Below are positions 27,825 to 36,687 of a DNA stretch of 64,000 nt, one piece after another. The notes beneath the pieces are model-generated. The model made no database searches, was not told where the DNA came from, and was given only the letters and a program-made list of their open reading frames with translations. The stretch is from a virus. Its lineage: Duplodnaviria > Caudoviricetes. The position numbers and the translations under genes are program-made. The stretch spans positions 1 to 64,000 of the IMG/VR virus record IMGVR_UViG_3300037419_002279. One strand, given 5' to 3'. Within the stretch, counting starts at the first letter, position 1. Each line of letters opens with the position of its first letter.

Positions 27825-29455
27825 TAGCCTTGTCCCTCGAAGCGCTGCGTGGCCGCGGCAAAGGCGGCGTCGGCGCGATCGAACAGCGCCGGGGTATCGC
27901 GCCGCAGCCGCAGCATGGTGCGGCGGACATCCGCATCGGACACGATCGCTTCGAAGCCCGCGCGATCGGCCGCGGCATCGACCCGGGCGATGATGTCATC
28001 GACCCAGGTTCCGTCGGCCGTCGGTTCGGCCGGGCGACCGCGGATGACATCGGCGATCCAGGCGGGCGGATCAGCAATTCCTTTGGCTTGGGCGGCATCA
28101 AGGACGACACGGGCAGCCGTCAGCCGGTGCGAGGGCGCGCAGGTTTCGATGCGCGGGCGCTGCGCGGCGGCCCAGGCAGCGAAGTGTTCGGCTGCGACAT
28201 CCGCCGCCGCCGCCTTGAGTGCCCTGACGTAGCCGGGCCATGACATCTTTCCCCGATCGACCGGTGGCTCGACGATTGCGAAGTCTGGTGAGACATTTTG
28301 TCGAACATCCCCCCGTTCATCGATACTGGCAAGTACCGCCGCCGCCTCGCTGTCCCTTTGAGCATCGGCAATAGCATCAGCATTATGTTCGGCCAGCGCC
28401 GCGCGGCCCTGCGCATCAGCGGGATCAAACTCGATCACGTACGCCTGAGCCCATTCGCGCGCATCGGCATATTCGTCGCCGATGATGTCACCGGCCGCGT
28501 CGATCAGCGGATGCGGGAATGTTGCGGCCGCCGTCGGGGCCGGCGGCTGCACCGGGGGCTGCGCCGGGGGCTGCGTCTGGGCCGGGGGCTGCGCCGGTGC
28601 AACGGCGCCCATGCGCGCCCGCGCCCGATCGAACGCGACCTGGATCTCATAAGCCGCCTCGTCTGGTGCCGTCCGCCGCATTTCGCGCACCCGCGGCAGG
28701 TCTTCGAGCGCCTTCAGTGCCCGGGCCGACGGTGCGGACGTCGTCGCCTTGGTCAGCAGCTTCATGGCCTTCCAGGCGTTTTCCTCGGCCGCAAGCTGCT
28801 GGTCGATGCCGGTCAGCCAGGCCTGTCCCCAATCTTCCTCGGGCGGCCCGTCCGGCGGCGGCGGGGCGGCTTCCCAGCGGGCATGGGCAATCCCCATGTT
28901 GCCGTCATCATCCTCGTCCTGGGCGACGATATTGAACGCCGCGCAGAACAGGTTGCGCTTCAGGTAGGACGTCGTGCTGATCATCCCGTGCAGCGCGGTC
29001 TTATTGATCTTGCCGCCCGATCCGGTGTTGTCCGGCGGACCCGACAGCGGGCCGATTTCTTCGCGATGCCCGTCCTGATGGCTGACGACGCAGACCAGCG
29101 ATATCCAACCCGGTTCCGGCGGCGGCACCGGCTGGAAGGACACACTGAAGCCGTGCTTGCTGATGATCGGCATGGCAACCGCGCAGATCGTCTCGTATCG
29201 CGCGTAACGGGATCGGGTCTGGGTGTTCGCCGCATCGCGGCGGATCGGCGGGATTTCCCGCTGCGCGGCCGCCATTGCCCGGCCGTAGGCAAGTTTCGCT
29301 TCATCGGCGAGGATTTCCCGCTGCATCCGCAGCAGGGCTTCGAATTTGCCGATATCGACCTGCGGGTCGCGTGCGGCGACGGACAGGAAATTCAGCAACG
29401 ACGGCAATGTCGCCATCGCGCTGTGCGCCGGAACCGGCGGGGTAATTTCGTTCAT
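27824..29455 (-). CDS. ERF-family ssDNA annealing protein with long C-terminal extension
   Basis: YARYETI..PIISKHGFSVSF..SHQDGH.E..STTSYLKRN..FNIVAQDEDDDGN. Confidence 0.8.
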   Translation of the reverse strand: MNEITPPVPAHSAMATLPSLLNFLSVAARDPQVDIGKFEALLRMQREILADEAKLAYGRAMAAAQREIPPIRRDAANTQTRSRYARYETICAVAMPIISKHGFSVSFQPVPPPEPGWISLVCVVSHQDGHREEIGPLSGPPDNTGSGGKINKTALHGMISTTSYLKRNLFCAAFNIVAQDEDDDGNMGIAHARWEAAPPPPDGPPEEDWGQAWLTGIDQQLAAEENAWKAMKLLTKATTSAPSARALKALEDLPRVREMRRTAPDEAAYEIQVAFDRARARMGAVAPAQPPAQTQPPAQPPVQPPAPTAAATFPHPLIDAAGDIIGDEYADAREWAQAYVIEFDPADAQGRAALAEHNADAIADAQRDSEAAAVLASIDERGDVRQNVSPDFAIVEPPVDRGKMSWPGYVRALKAAAADVAAEHFAAWAAAQRPRIETCAPSHRLTAARVVLDAAQAKGIADPPAWIADVIRGRPAEPTADGTWVDDIIARVDAAADRAGFEAIVSDADVRRTMLRLRRDTPALFDRADAAFAAATQRFEGQG

Positions 29456-30231
29456 CAGCCGCGGACCCCCATGACGACGTCGCATTCCCATCGGATCCCC
29501 GGGATCACCGCGAGCGGCCGCCCGGTCGCATCGCGCTCGCGCGCCGCCTCGCCGATTGCCGCGGGATTGGCCATCAGGAATTCACGCGGGATCAGGCTTT
29601 CGTCTTCGATCACCCAGCGCCAGGTGCGCCGGGCCGAGACGGCCGAGCCATAATCACCGCGGACCCGCGTCATGTCGGCAACCGAGGCCTGCGCGGCCGC
29701 CGTCGCCTGTGCCGCCTTCGTCGCCGCTGTTTCGGCGAGGTCCATAGCGGTGCCGGCCCGCTTGCCGGCGGCGATCTTTTCCGCCGCCTGCGCGGCCAGC
29801 CGATCGGCCTCGGCCTGCGCCGCGGCCGCGGCCGCGCGCCGTTCGGCTTCGGCCTTGTCCAGCTTGCGGCGGGCATAGTCATTCATCCGCGCCTGCACCG
29901 GGCGGATCGCATCCGCGAGCGGTTCGACGAAAACCTTGAACCAGCTATCGACGGTGCGGCCGCCGGCGAGGAACGGCTCCTTCGCCCGCTTCCGACGTTC
30001 CTCGACCGCGGTGTTCAGCTTCTTCGCGAGCGCGATATTTTCGCTGACCTCGCCGAGCACCTCGTCATCGTCGATCTGCGGATAGGCGGCGGCCGATGCA
30101 GCCAGGGCGGCGATCAGATCGTCGCGCCGGGCGCGCATGCGTTCGGTATCGAATTCCAGATATTCCCGGATCTGCGCATCCGATAGCGGCGCCGGCGGCT
30201 TAGGCCGGTTGGGGATTGTCATATCGTTCAT
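29455..30231 (-). CDS. Coiled-coil recombination-module partner (Gp157/Gam-like)
   Basis: ERRKRAKEPFLAGGRTVDSWFK; WRWVIEDESLIPREFL..IPGI; directly upstream of ERF. Confidence 0.55.
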   Translation of the reverse strand: MNDMTIPNRPKPPAPLSDAQIREYLEFDTERMRARRDDLIAALAASAAAYPQIDDDEVLGEVSENIALAKKLNTAVEERRKRAKEPFLAGGRTVDSWFKVFVEPLADAIRPVQARMNDYARRKLDKAEAERRAAAAAAQAEADRLAAQAAEKIAAGKRAGTAMDLAETAATKAAQATAAAQASVADMTRVRGDYGSAVSARRTWRWVIEDESLIPREFLMANPAAIGEAARERDATGRPLAVIPGIRWECDVVMGVRG

Positions 30232-30602
30232 GTGTTCGGTGTCCTGATTTTTGGTTGGATAGGCTTCAGCTTCGCGCGGTCGATCGGCGTGTAGGGATCG
30301 GCCGCGGGGTGCCCCGGATCATGCGCGCGCGCGTGCGCCGCCTGATCGATCAGGCGTTGATAGGTCGCCTGATCGATACGCTCGCCGTAATGCCAGATAT
30401 CCGACACCATGCGGGCGTAGGCCGGGTTCCAGTTGGGATGATGAAGCTTGCCGTCGACCTCGGCCTGCCATAGCCCGTCTTCGGTCTTCCCGATGCGGGC
30501 GCCAACGGGCCAACCGCCTTTGACCAGCCGTAGCCGGAAGTATCCCGGTTCGGGCGGCCAGACGCGACGGGCCTGATCATCGGCAGAATTACGGAACGGC
30601 AT
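30228..30602 (-). CDS. Hypothetical protein
   Basis: PEPGYFRLRLVKGGWPVGARI; first gene after the promoter at 30636-30664. Confidence 0.6.
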   Translation of the reverse strand: MPFRNSADDQARRVWPPEPGYFRLRLVKGGWPVGARIGKTEDGLWQAEVDGKLHHPNWNPAYARMVSDIWHYGERIDQATYQRLIDQAAHARAHDPGHPAADPYTPIDRAKLKPIQPKIRTPNT

Positions 30603-30635
30603 GCGACAGCACCCGCTGTTCGTTGCACCGTCCGC

Positions 30636-30664
30636 ATTATGTGCCCGCTACGCACAGATCGCAA
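30636..30664 (-). promoter_or_regulatory. Sigma70-type leftward promoter overlapped by an operator half-site
   Basis: TTGCGA-N17-CATAAT on the minus strand; ATCTGTGCG overlaps the -35 and spacer. Confidence 0.7.
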
Positions 30665-30711
30665 GCGGTTCGTCGCGCGGATCTGCCCGCTATGCACACA
30701 TTTCGCTGTGT

Positions 30712-31368
30712 TCAGCGATCCGCTAGGACGGCCGGCAAGTGCTTGCGCACATACTCGATCGGCGAGGCCGCGATGACTGACTGATCCGCCAGTAAACCGC
30801 CGTCATAGCCGACGAGTGTGCAGAGTCCGTTCGGCTGTACTGACAGCACGCGCAGCAGCACCGTGCCGTCGGCGATTTCGGCGACGCATTCGAGGCCGTG
30901 CAGGTCGCGCAGGCGGAAGCGGTCCGGCCTGACGCTGCGATGGAACACAATATCCCCGGCGCGGTAGGCGGGGCGTAAGCTGTCATCGGTGACCGCGGTC
31001 GCGACCAGATCGCCGGCGTCCTCGGGGGAAATGTTGAGTGCAACAGTATCAGGTGCTGTCAAGATAGCTGCGACTTTTCCGCCCTGGCCGATGCGTGAGA
31101 CGATCGGGATTTGCGCATACGCGGTGACTTCGGCGCCATAAAGCAGGGTACCGGGTTTGAGATCAAGCATGCGCTCGTAATCGCGTGCTGCTTCCCACTG
31201 AAATTCGCGGGTGCCGTTTTCATGGTGTTGGTAGGTGGCGATTTTGATGCCGGCCGTTTGCGCAAAGGCGGCGGCGGATTTGTAGCCGGCGGCGATTCGG
31301 GCTTCGCGTAGCCGTTCGGCCGCGGTCATTTCGTCAGTCGCTAATTTGAGCATTATTTTCCGTGCCAC
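30712..31368 (-). CDS. CI-like repressor (HTH + degenerate S24 domain)
   Basis: ERLREARIAAGYKSAAAFA..ATYQHHENGTRE; DSLRPAYRAGD; start GTG 31368 or ATG 31353. Confidence 0.85.
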   Translation of the reverse strand: MARKIMLKLATDEMTAAERLREARIAAGYKSAAAFAQTAGIKIATYQHHENGTREFQWEAARDYERMLDLKPGTLLYGAEVTAYAQIPIVSRIGQGGKVAAILTAPDTVALNISPEDAGDLVATAVTDDSLRPAYRAGDIVFHRSVRPDRFRLRDLHGLECVAEIADGTVLLRVLSVQPNGLCTLVGYDGGLLADQSVIAASPIEYVRKHLPAVLADR

Positions 31369-31378
31369 GTTCGGTGTC

Positions 31379-31430
31379 TCTGTGCAGGCCGCACAGATCG
31401 ATTGACATAGGCTGTGCGCTGCGTATTGAT
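31379..31430. promoter_or_regulatory. cI/cro operator-promoter region
   Basis: TCTGTGC-N5-GCACAGA (31379-31397); TTGACA 31402-31407; CTGTGCG 31412-31418; TATTGAT 31424-31430. Confidence 0.75.
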
Positions 31431-31438
31431 TTCTCGGC

Positions 31439-31807
31439 ATGGGAGCCCGAGAGGATAAATGGCCGGCCGACGCAAGCTACCGACCGATCCTGGCGCGCTG
31501 GCCGTCGGTCTCAGCACTCGCGCACGACCTCGGGCTGCCGATCGACACCGTCTATAGCTGGCGCCGCCGCGATAGTTTGCCGCAAGGCAAATGGGGTGCG
31601 ATCTGGGAAGCGGCGCGCGTGCGCGGCTACCGCGACGTAACCTATCGCCGTCTGCGTGCCATCGCCGCTGAACGTGCCCGTATTTCAGCCGACCTCTCCG
31701 ACAATGACGGCGTGTTACCACAGCCCGAGTGTGTTCAAAGTGCACAGATTCGAGGGGTCCGGCAACCGAAAACCATAACGCGATCGGAAGCAGAGCCATG
31801 CCCCTAG
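31439..31807 (+). CDS. Cro-like protein
   Basis: ILARWPSVSALAHDLG..TVYSWRRRDSLP..W..I; divergent from the repressor; no SD, so possibly near-leaderless. Confidence 0.75.
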   Translation: MGAREDKWPADASYRPILARWPSVSALAHDLGLPIDTVYSWRRRDSLPQGKWGAIWEAARVRGYRDVTYRRLRAIAAERARISADLSDNDGVLPQPECVQSAQIRGVRQPKTITRSEAEPCP

Positions 31808-32427
31808 ATGCGTCAGTCACCGAGCCGGTCCTGTCGAACGACGCCGCCGCCGATTGGCTGCGTCAGTGGCGCACCGCGGACCGCGTATGCAAGGAGGCCC
31901 AAGCCGCGCGCAGCGCGATCAGCAAACGCGCGAAGGCCGACGGCGTCGACGTCAAGGCACTGAGTATCGTCGTCGGCTACACCAAGCTCGAACCCGATCA
32001 GGTGGCACAGCACCTGCGCGAGGTGGTCCGCTACGCCAACATCCTGCGGATCCCGGTCACCCAGGACGACCTGTTCGCCGGATGGTCGCCGGACGTGACC
32101 GAGAAGACACGCGCCGAGGACGATCTGTGGGACGCGCAGGATCGCGGCTACAAAGACGGCCGCCACGGCCGCCCGCTTGACGAATGCCCGTACCAGCCGG
32201 GGACTGAACTGCACGTCGCCTACCGCGAATTCTGGCATAAGGGGCAGGCGTCGATCGCGCGCGAATTGGGCGACGGTGTGACCCAGGCCAGCACCGCGCG
32301 CAAGCGGCCGTCGCGGGCGAAGCAGATGCGGATCCCGGGGACCGAGACGCAGGACCGGCCGCGCAAGCGGGGACGTCCGCGCAAAGACCGCAGCAACGGG
32401 GCCGACGCGCCATCGCCGATCCAGTAA
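31798..32427 (+). CDS. GapR/DUF2312-like protein with C-terminal Rmf-like motif
   Basis: AARSAISKRAKADGVDVKALSIVV..K; AQDRGYKDGRHG..DECPY..FW.KG. Confidence 0.6.
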   Translation: MPLDASVTEPVLSNDAAADWLRQWRTADRVCKEAQAARSAISKRAKADGVDVKALSIVVGYTKLEPDQVAQHLREVVRYANILRIPVTQDDLFAGWSPDVTEKTRAEDDLWDAQDRGYKDGRHGRPLDECPYQPGTELHVAYREFWHKGQASIARELGDGVTQASTARKRPSRAKQMRIPGTETQDRPRKRGRPRKDRSNGADAPSPIQ

Positions 32428-32433
32428 CCGGCC

Positions 32434-32991
32434 GTGGCAGCGCCGGGCGGCATCTTGGCCCTGGATCTGGCCGGCGACACCGGCTGGGCCTACGGCCACG
32501 TCCATGACCGGACGCCTGACTGCGGGGTGATCCGGCTGCCCCGGCCGGCCGAGTATGGCGAACGGGTCGCGGCGATTCAGAACGAGCTCGAGCGGCTGTG
32601 CGAGGATCTTCAGCCGCAGAAGGTCATCATCGAAGCGGCGCTGCCGCTGGCAGCCCTCGCCGGGCATACGACCTTCGACACCGTCCGCCAGCAGTTCGCC
32701 TTCAACGGTGCCGCCCACGCCGCCGCCTGGCGCGTCTATGCGGCGCGCGAGGAAATCTCGGCCGACGTCGTCCGCACCGAATTGCTCGGCCGCTGCCGGC
32801 TGACCAAGCGCGAGCAGGACGCTGGGCGGACGATGAAGGACCTGGTCACCGATTACTGCCGCCAGCGCGGCTGGAAGCCGCCGGACCATAACGCCGCCGA
32901 CGCGCTGATGATCTGGGCCTGGCACGTCGGGCGGCTGCGCGGCACCCGCCCGGTGTCCGGGCCGCTGTTTCAGGAAAGGGCACTGCAATGA
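32434..32991 (+). CDS. RuvC-like Holliday junction resolvase
   Basis: ILALDL..TGWA, VIIE, DHNAADAL. Confidence 0.75.
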   Translation: MAAPGGILALDLAGDTGWAYGHVHDRTPDCGVIRLPRPAEYGERVAAIQNELERLCEDLQPQKVIIEAALPLAALAGHTTFDTVRQQFAFNGAAHAAAWRVYAAREEISADVVRTELLGRCRLTKREQDAGRTMKDLVTDYCRQRGWKPPDHNAADALMIWAWHVGRLRGTRPVSGPLFQERALQ

Positions 32992-34166
32992 ACGGACAGG
33001 TCGATATCCGCCCTGAGGTCGAAACCGTCTGGGTCCGGACCGACGACCTGTCGCGGCATGCGGAATCGCAGATCAGGGCGAAGGCTGATCCGCAGCTTGT
33101 CGCCGAATACGCCGAGGCGATGCTCGAAGGGGCGGAATTCCCGCCGGTCATCATCTTCCAGGATACCGACGGATACCGGCACCTTGCCGACGGTCATCAT
33201 CGGGTCGATGCAGCGGCGCTGGCTGCACTGAAGGACACGCGTCGATCGGCCGAAGTGTTGGCCGAAATCCGCCCCGGCACACTGGATGATGCATTGCGGT
33301 ACGCGATGCGGGCGAACGTGCAGCACGGCAAGCGGATGTCCGATGCGGACTATGCGCGCGCGATCGGGATCGCCCTCGACCGCGACATGATTCAGGCAAC
33401 CAACGCGAAGGACGTGGTGCCCGAGCTTGTCGCGTTGATCGGATGCAGTATCCGCCGTGCGCAGGAATGTTCGGCGGACTACCGCAAGGCGCTGATTCTC
33501 AAGCGCGACCGACTCATCATCGAGATGCACGCGAAGGGGCGGACGCAGGAAGCGATCAGCGCAAAACTGGGCGTTGGACAAGCAACTGTCGTCCGCGTTC
33601 TAGAGCGAATTATTCAAAAGCGCGACGACGCGGAAACGAATGATCTACCGCAACGGACCTTGCCGCCAAGTCCCTTCCCTGAAGACGACGAGGCTGGCGA
33701 AGCAACAGCGGATGCAAAGGCTGCGGAAGCTGACCAGGAAGAGACCGTTGACGAAGCCGATCAGCAGGAAACCGCTGACGATACCGACGAAGAAACCGTC
33801 GCCGCGGCGCCGGCCGCAGCGTCCTACAAGATCGACGTCTCGCCCTACCTGCCGCTGCTGGCGCCGCTGGCCCCGATCGACGAAGGCGGCGACGATCTAG
33901 AAAGCGGCGACGTCGCCGCCCTGCCCGACATCAGCCCGGCTGACGCGGTCAAGGAATCCAAATCCGCGGTCCGCGCGCTTGGAAGGGTCGAGCGCGAGAT
34001 CGACAAGATGTTCAAGGCGCTCGACGGCAAGCTGGACGACCTGACCGAACCTTACACGGAAGGCAGCGCCGCAGCGGCGATCGAAGCGATCGACCGGGCC
34101 TTCGACTACCTCGGCGCCCTGCGCAGCTACATCGAAGAGGGGGCCGCCGATGCAAACCCTGCTTAG
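32988..34166 (+). CDS. ParB/Srx N-terminal domain + HTH protein
   Basis: VAEYAEAM..FPPVIIF..LADGHHRVDA; GRTQEAISAKLGVGQATVVRV. Confidence 0.8.
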   Translation: MNGQVDIRPEVETVWVRTDDLSRHAESQIRAKADPQLVAEYAEAMLEGAEFPPVIIFQDTDGYRHLADGHHRVDAAALAALKDTRRSAEVLAEIRPGTLDDALRYAMRANVQHGKRMSDADYARAIGIALDRDMIQATNAKDVVPELVALIGCSIRRAQECSADYRKALILKRDRLIIEMHAKGRTQEAISAKLGVGQATVVRVLERIIQKRDDAETNDLPQRTLPPSPFPEDDEAGEATADAKAAEADQEETVDEADQQETADDTDEETVAAAPAAASYKIDVSPYLPLLAPLAPIDEGGDDLESGDVAALPDISPADAVKESKSAVRALGRVEREIDKMFKALDGKLDDLTEPYTEGSAAAAIEAIDRAFDYLGALRSYIEEGAADANPA

Positions 34167-34596
34167 GCCGTATCGCGAAATCCTGCGGCCACTTCTCGGC
34201 GGTGCGACGACCGTCACCGACACCTTCCGTCACAACGCTATCAAGGCGACGCTCGACGTCCTGGGGATAGACAAGAAAGTCGATGGCGAAGACAGCCTTC
34301 GGTACATCGTCGGCCAAAGCGCCGCCCGGCTGCTGGTCAACCAGCAGGCGCCGATGTGCCTGCCGCGGATTAAAAAGGATGGGCTTCCGCAAAGCCAATT
34401 GACGCTGCTGAACGAAACCTTCGAGTTCGGCGGCGAGCAGGTCCGCCTGGGCTTCCTGACGCCGAATCAGGCCGAACAGGCGGCGCTTGAGACGCTGATC
34501 GGGCAGCGCAATGCGCTGAATAGCCGCATTAAGGAAATCCGCACTCTGATCCGGCGCTGCCGCCGCCGAGACATCCCGATCATCGACCAGCTTTAA
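34150..34596 (+). CDS. Hypothetical protein
   Basis: GAGGGGG RBS; overlap coupling. Confidence 0.55.
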   Translation: MQTLLRPYREILRPLLGGATTVTDTFRHNAIKATLDVLGIDKKVDGEDSLRYIVGQSAARLLVNQQAPMCLPRIKKDGLPQSQLTLLNETFEFGGEQVRLGFLTPNQAEQAALETLIGQRNALNSRIKEIRTLIRRCRRRDIPIIDQL

Positions 34597-34606
34597 GGGC
34601 CGCGAC

Positions 34607-34891
34607 ATGACCGCCCGGGACGCTGTCTACATGATCGATCGGGGGCGAGTGAGCAGTCGCCGTCGCATTGAGGAATGCCGCAATCTCGGTTTGGCAGGTT
34701 ACGACGACGGTCCACCGGACGCGCTGCTGGACGCGGTTATGATCGCGATGTTTACCGGGCTCTCAAGCGGCAGTTGGGTCTGTGTGGCCGAAGCCTACGT
34801 CATGGCCGCCAACCTGTATCGGATGATGACAGGCCGGGAGTCTGACTTCGACAGGCACGTCCAAGAGGGAGGGCCGGACCAGGAATGGTAG
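34607..34891 (+). CDS. Hypothetical protein
   Basis: AAGGG RBS. Confidence 0.45.
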   Translation: MTARDAVYMIDRGRVSSRRRIEECRNLGLAGYDDGPPDALLDAVMIAMFTGLSSGSWVCVAEAYVMAANLYRMMTGRESDFDRHVQEGGPDQEW

Positions 34892-34893
34892 GT

Positions 34894-35427
34894 CTAACCG
34901 CCCCGCACCCGCGCCCGCTTCTCGGCAAGCTTCCGCCGCGCGACCTCGCGGCCCGCCTCGTCCATCGGCTGTGCCGGCGTGCCGTCGAGATTGTAGCGCA
35001 CGTCACCGGCGATCAGCGCTTCGAGGTAGCTTTCCATCCCGACCCAGTGGTTCATGAAGGTGCTGACGCTGTTGTTCGACAGCCAGAACCGCTGGCGGAT
35101 GACGTTGTGGATGCCGATCGCCAGCGGCTTCGGCCGGTGGATGTTGAAGAGATCCGGATAGAGCCGGGGCAGCCGGTCGCGGCAGAACCGGACGCCGGCC
35201 TTGTAGCGGCGGCTGGCCGCCTCGTTTTCCGCGGCATTGGCCGCCTTCTGTGCGGCGACCTCGGGATCGATCTGCTTGGGTTTCGGCGCCGGCGCGGGCT
35301 TCGCCGCGGCGGGGGCCGGCGGCGTGGGCTTGGCTGCTTGCGGCTTCGGCTGCTTCGCCGCCGGCGGCGCAATCCGGGCCTTGATCCGATCGGCCTGTTC
35401 GGGGCGCAAGCGCAGCGTCGTGCTCAT
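34894..35427 (-). CDS. ProQ/FinO-family RNA chaperone
   Basis: YPDLF..PKPLAIGIH..YLEAL..G.VRYNLDG.P. Confidence 0.85.
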   Translation of the reverse strand: MSTTLRLRPEQADRIKARIAPPAAKQPKPQAAKPTPPAPAAAKPAPAPKPKQIDPEVAAQKAANAAENEAASRRYKAGVRFCRDRLPRLYPDLFNIHRPKPLAIGIHNVIRQRFWLSNNSVSTFMNHWVGMESYLEALIAGDVRYNLDGTPAQPMDEAGREVARRKLAEKRARVRGG

Positions 35428-35892
35428 GCCGGGCATTTAGCAAGCCGCCCGGTAGATGCAAAGCCGGTCGGACGCAGTTCGACAAATTATCCGACAAGTT
35501 CGACAAAAAGTCTGACCTTTCAACGGATCAGACCAGGAAGGAAGCCAGCTATGCCGGTTCCATTGCGCGCTCGATTCGCCGCGTCGATTCGTAGAGCATT
35601 GTCTTTGCTGCAAATAAAACCCGCAGGCGAACACGTGAAGGGTCTGCAACCCGTTGCCTACGTCGCAAATCTGGGGCATGGTCCGTACAAGCAAACGCCC
35701 CGTGAGTCAGACGGGGCGGTGCTTAGTCAGACTTAGCAACAACTAGAGGCGCTGTACGGGCGCATCTAGGGGGCACATAGGCTCGCCCTCTATATCGCAC
35801 GCCGCGCGCCTCGCTGCAATAGGCACTAGTGCGATGATTCCTAATAGTTTTGTGACGCTGGTTCTGTGCATTCCGGGCATGGGGGTGCAACG

Positions 35893-36687
35893 ATGAACGC
35901 TGACGCGGCCGACGACGCTCCGGCCGGGGCGGCAAGCCTGATCGCAGGCTATGTCGCCGATTCGTATGAGGTACTTGCACAGATCGACATCGCCCAGCGC
36001 CGGCTTGCCGACATCAAAGACCGGCTGCCGGACGCGCTGCGGCCTGCTGCGGCAACGCTTACCGCGGAACAGCGGATCGCGCTGTTCGCCGAGTTCTACT
36101 GGCGGGCGACGGACCTAGCGAGCGAACCGGTGCTGCTCGGGCTCGGGTACACGTCGGTCGGCAGCGTCCTACCGGCGATCCCGCCAGGCCGGACCGGTGT
36201 GCCATGCCTAGGCTGCGGTGCGGACCTAAAGGCCCGCAGTCGGTCCCATAGGGCAGAAATTTGCAAAGCAGCGAATGAAGAGACCGAGCAACGGGCGCGT
36301 AACCGTCATTGGCTCAACCGCGCCCTTTACTGCGACCGCTGCTATGACCGCGCCAACAAAGCGCGCGACCGGGCCTGGGATCAAGAACAGGTCGAGCGGC
36401 AGCGGGCGTGGCAGCAGCGGCAGCGAGCCCTTCGCGCGATGCCGTTTGCTGAGTACCTGCGAACACCGGAATGGCGCGAAACGCGATCGGACGCCTTAGA
36501 GCGGGCGGGCTTCCGCTGTCAGCTATGCGCCGAAAAAGACCGATCGACGCTTGATGTCTATCACAACAGCTACGCCAGGATCGGTAACGAGGCGCCGGCC
36601 GACCTGATCGTGCTTTGCCGGCCGTGCTACGCGACAAACGGCCATGTTTTGCCGACGCCATCCGATCAGCAGGAGGCCCGGTCATGA
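35893..36687 (+). CDS. Protein with C-terminal HNH-like domain (catalytic His apparently replaced)
   Basis: YLRTPEW..R..ALERAGFRCQLC..LDVYHNSY..GNE..DLIVLCRPCY. Confidence 0.7.
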   Translation: MNADAADDAPAGAASLIAGYVADSYEVLAQIDIAQRRLADIKDRLPDALRPAAATLTAEQRIALFAEFYWRATDLASEPVLLGLGYTSVGSVLPAIPPGRTGVPCLGCGADLKARSRSHRAEICKAANEETEQRARNRHWLNRALYCDRCYDRANKARDRAWDQEQVERQRAWQQRQRALRAMPFAEYLRTPEWRETRSDALERAGFRCQLCAEKDRSTLDVYHNSYARIGNEAPADLIVLCRPCYATNGHVLPTPSDQQEARS

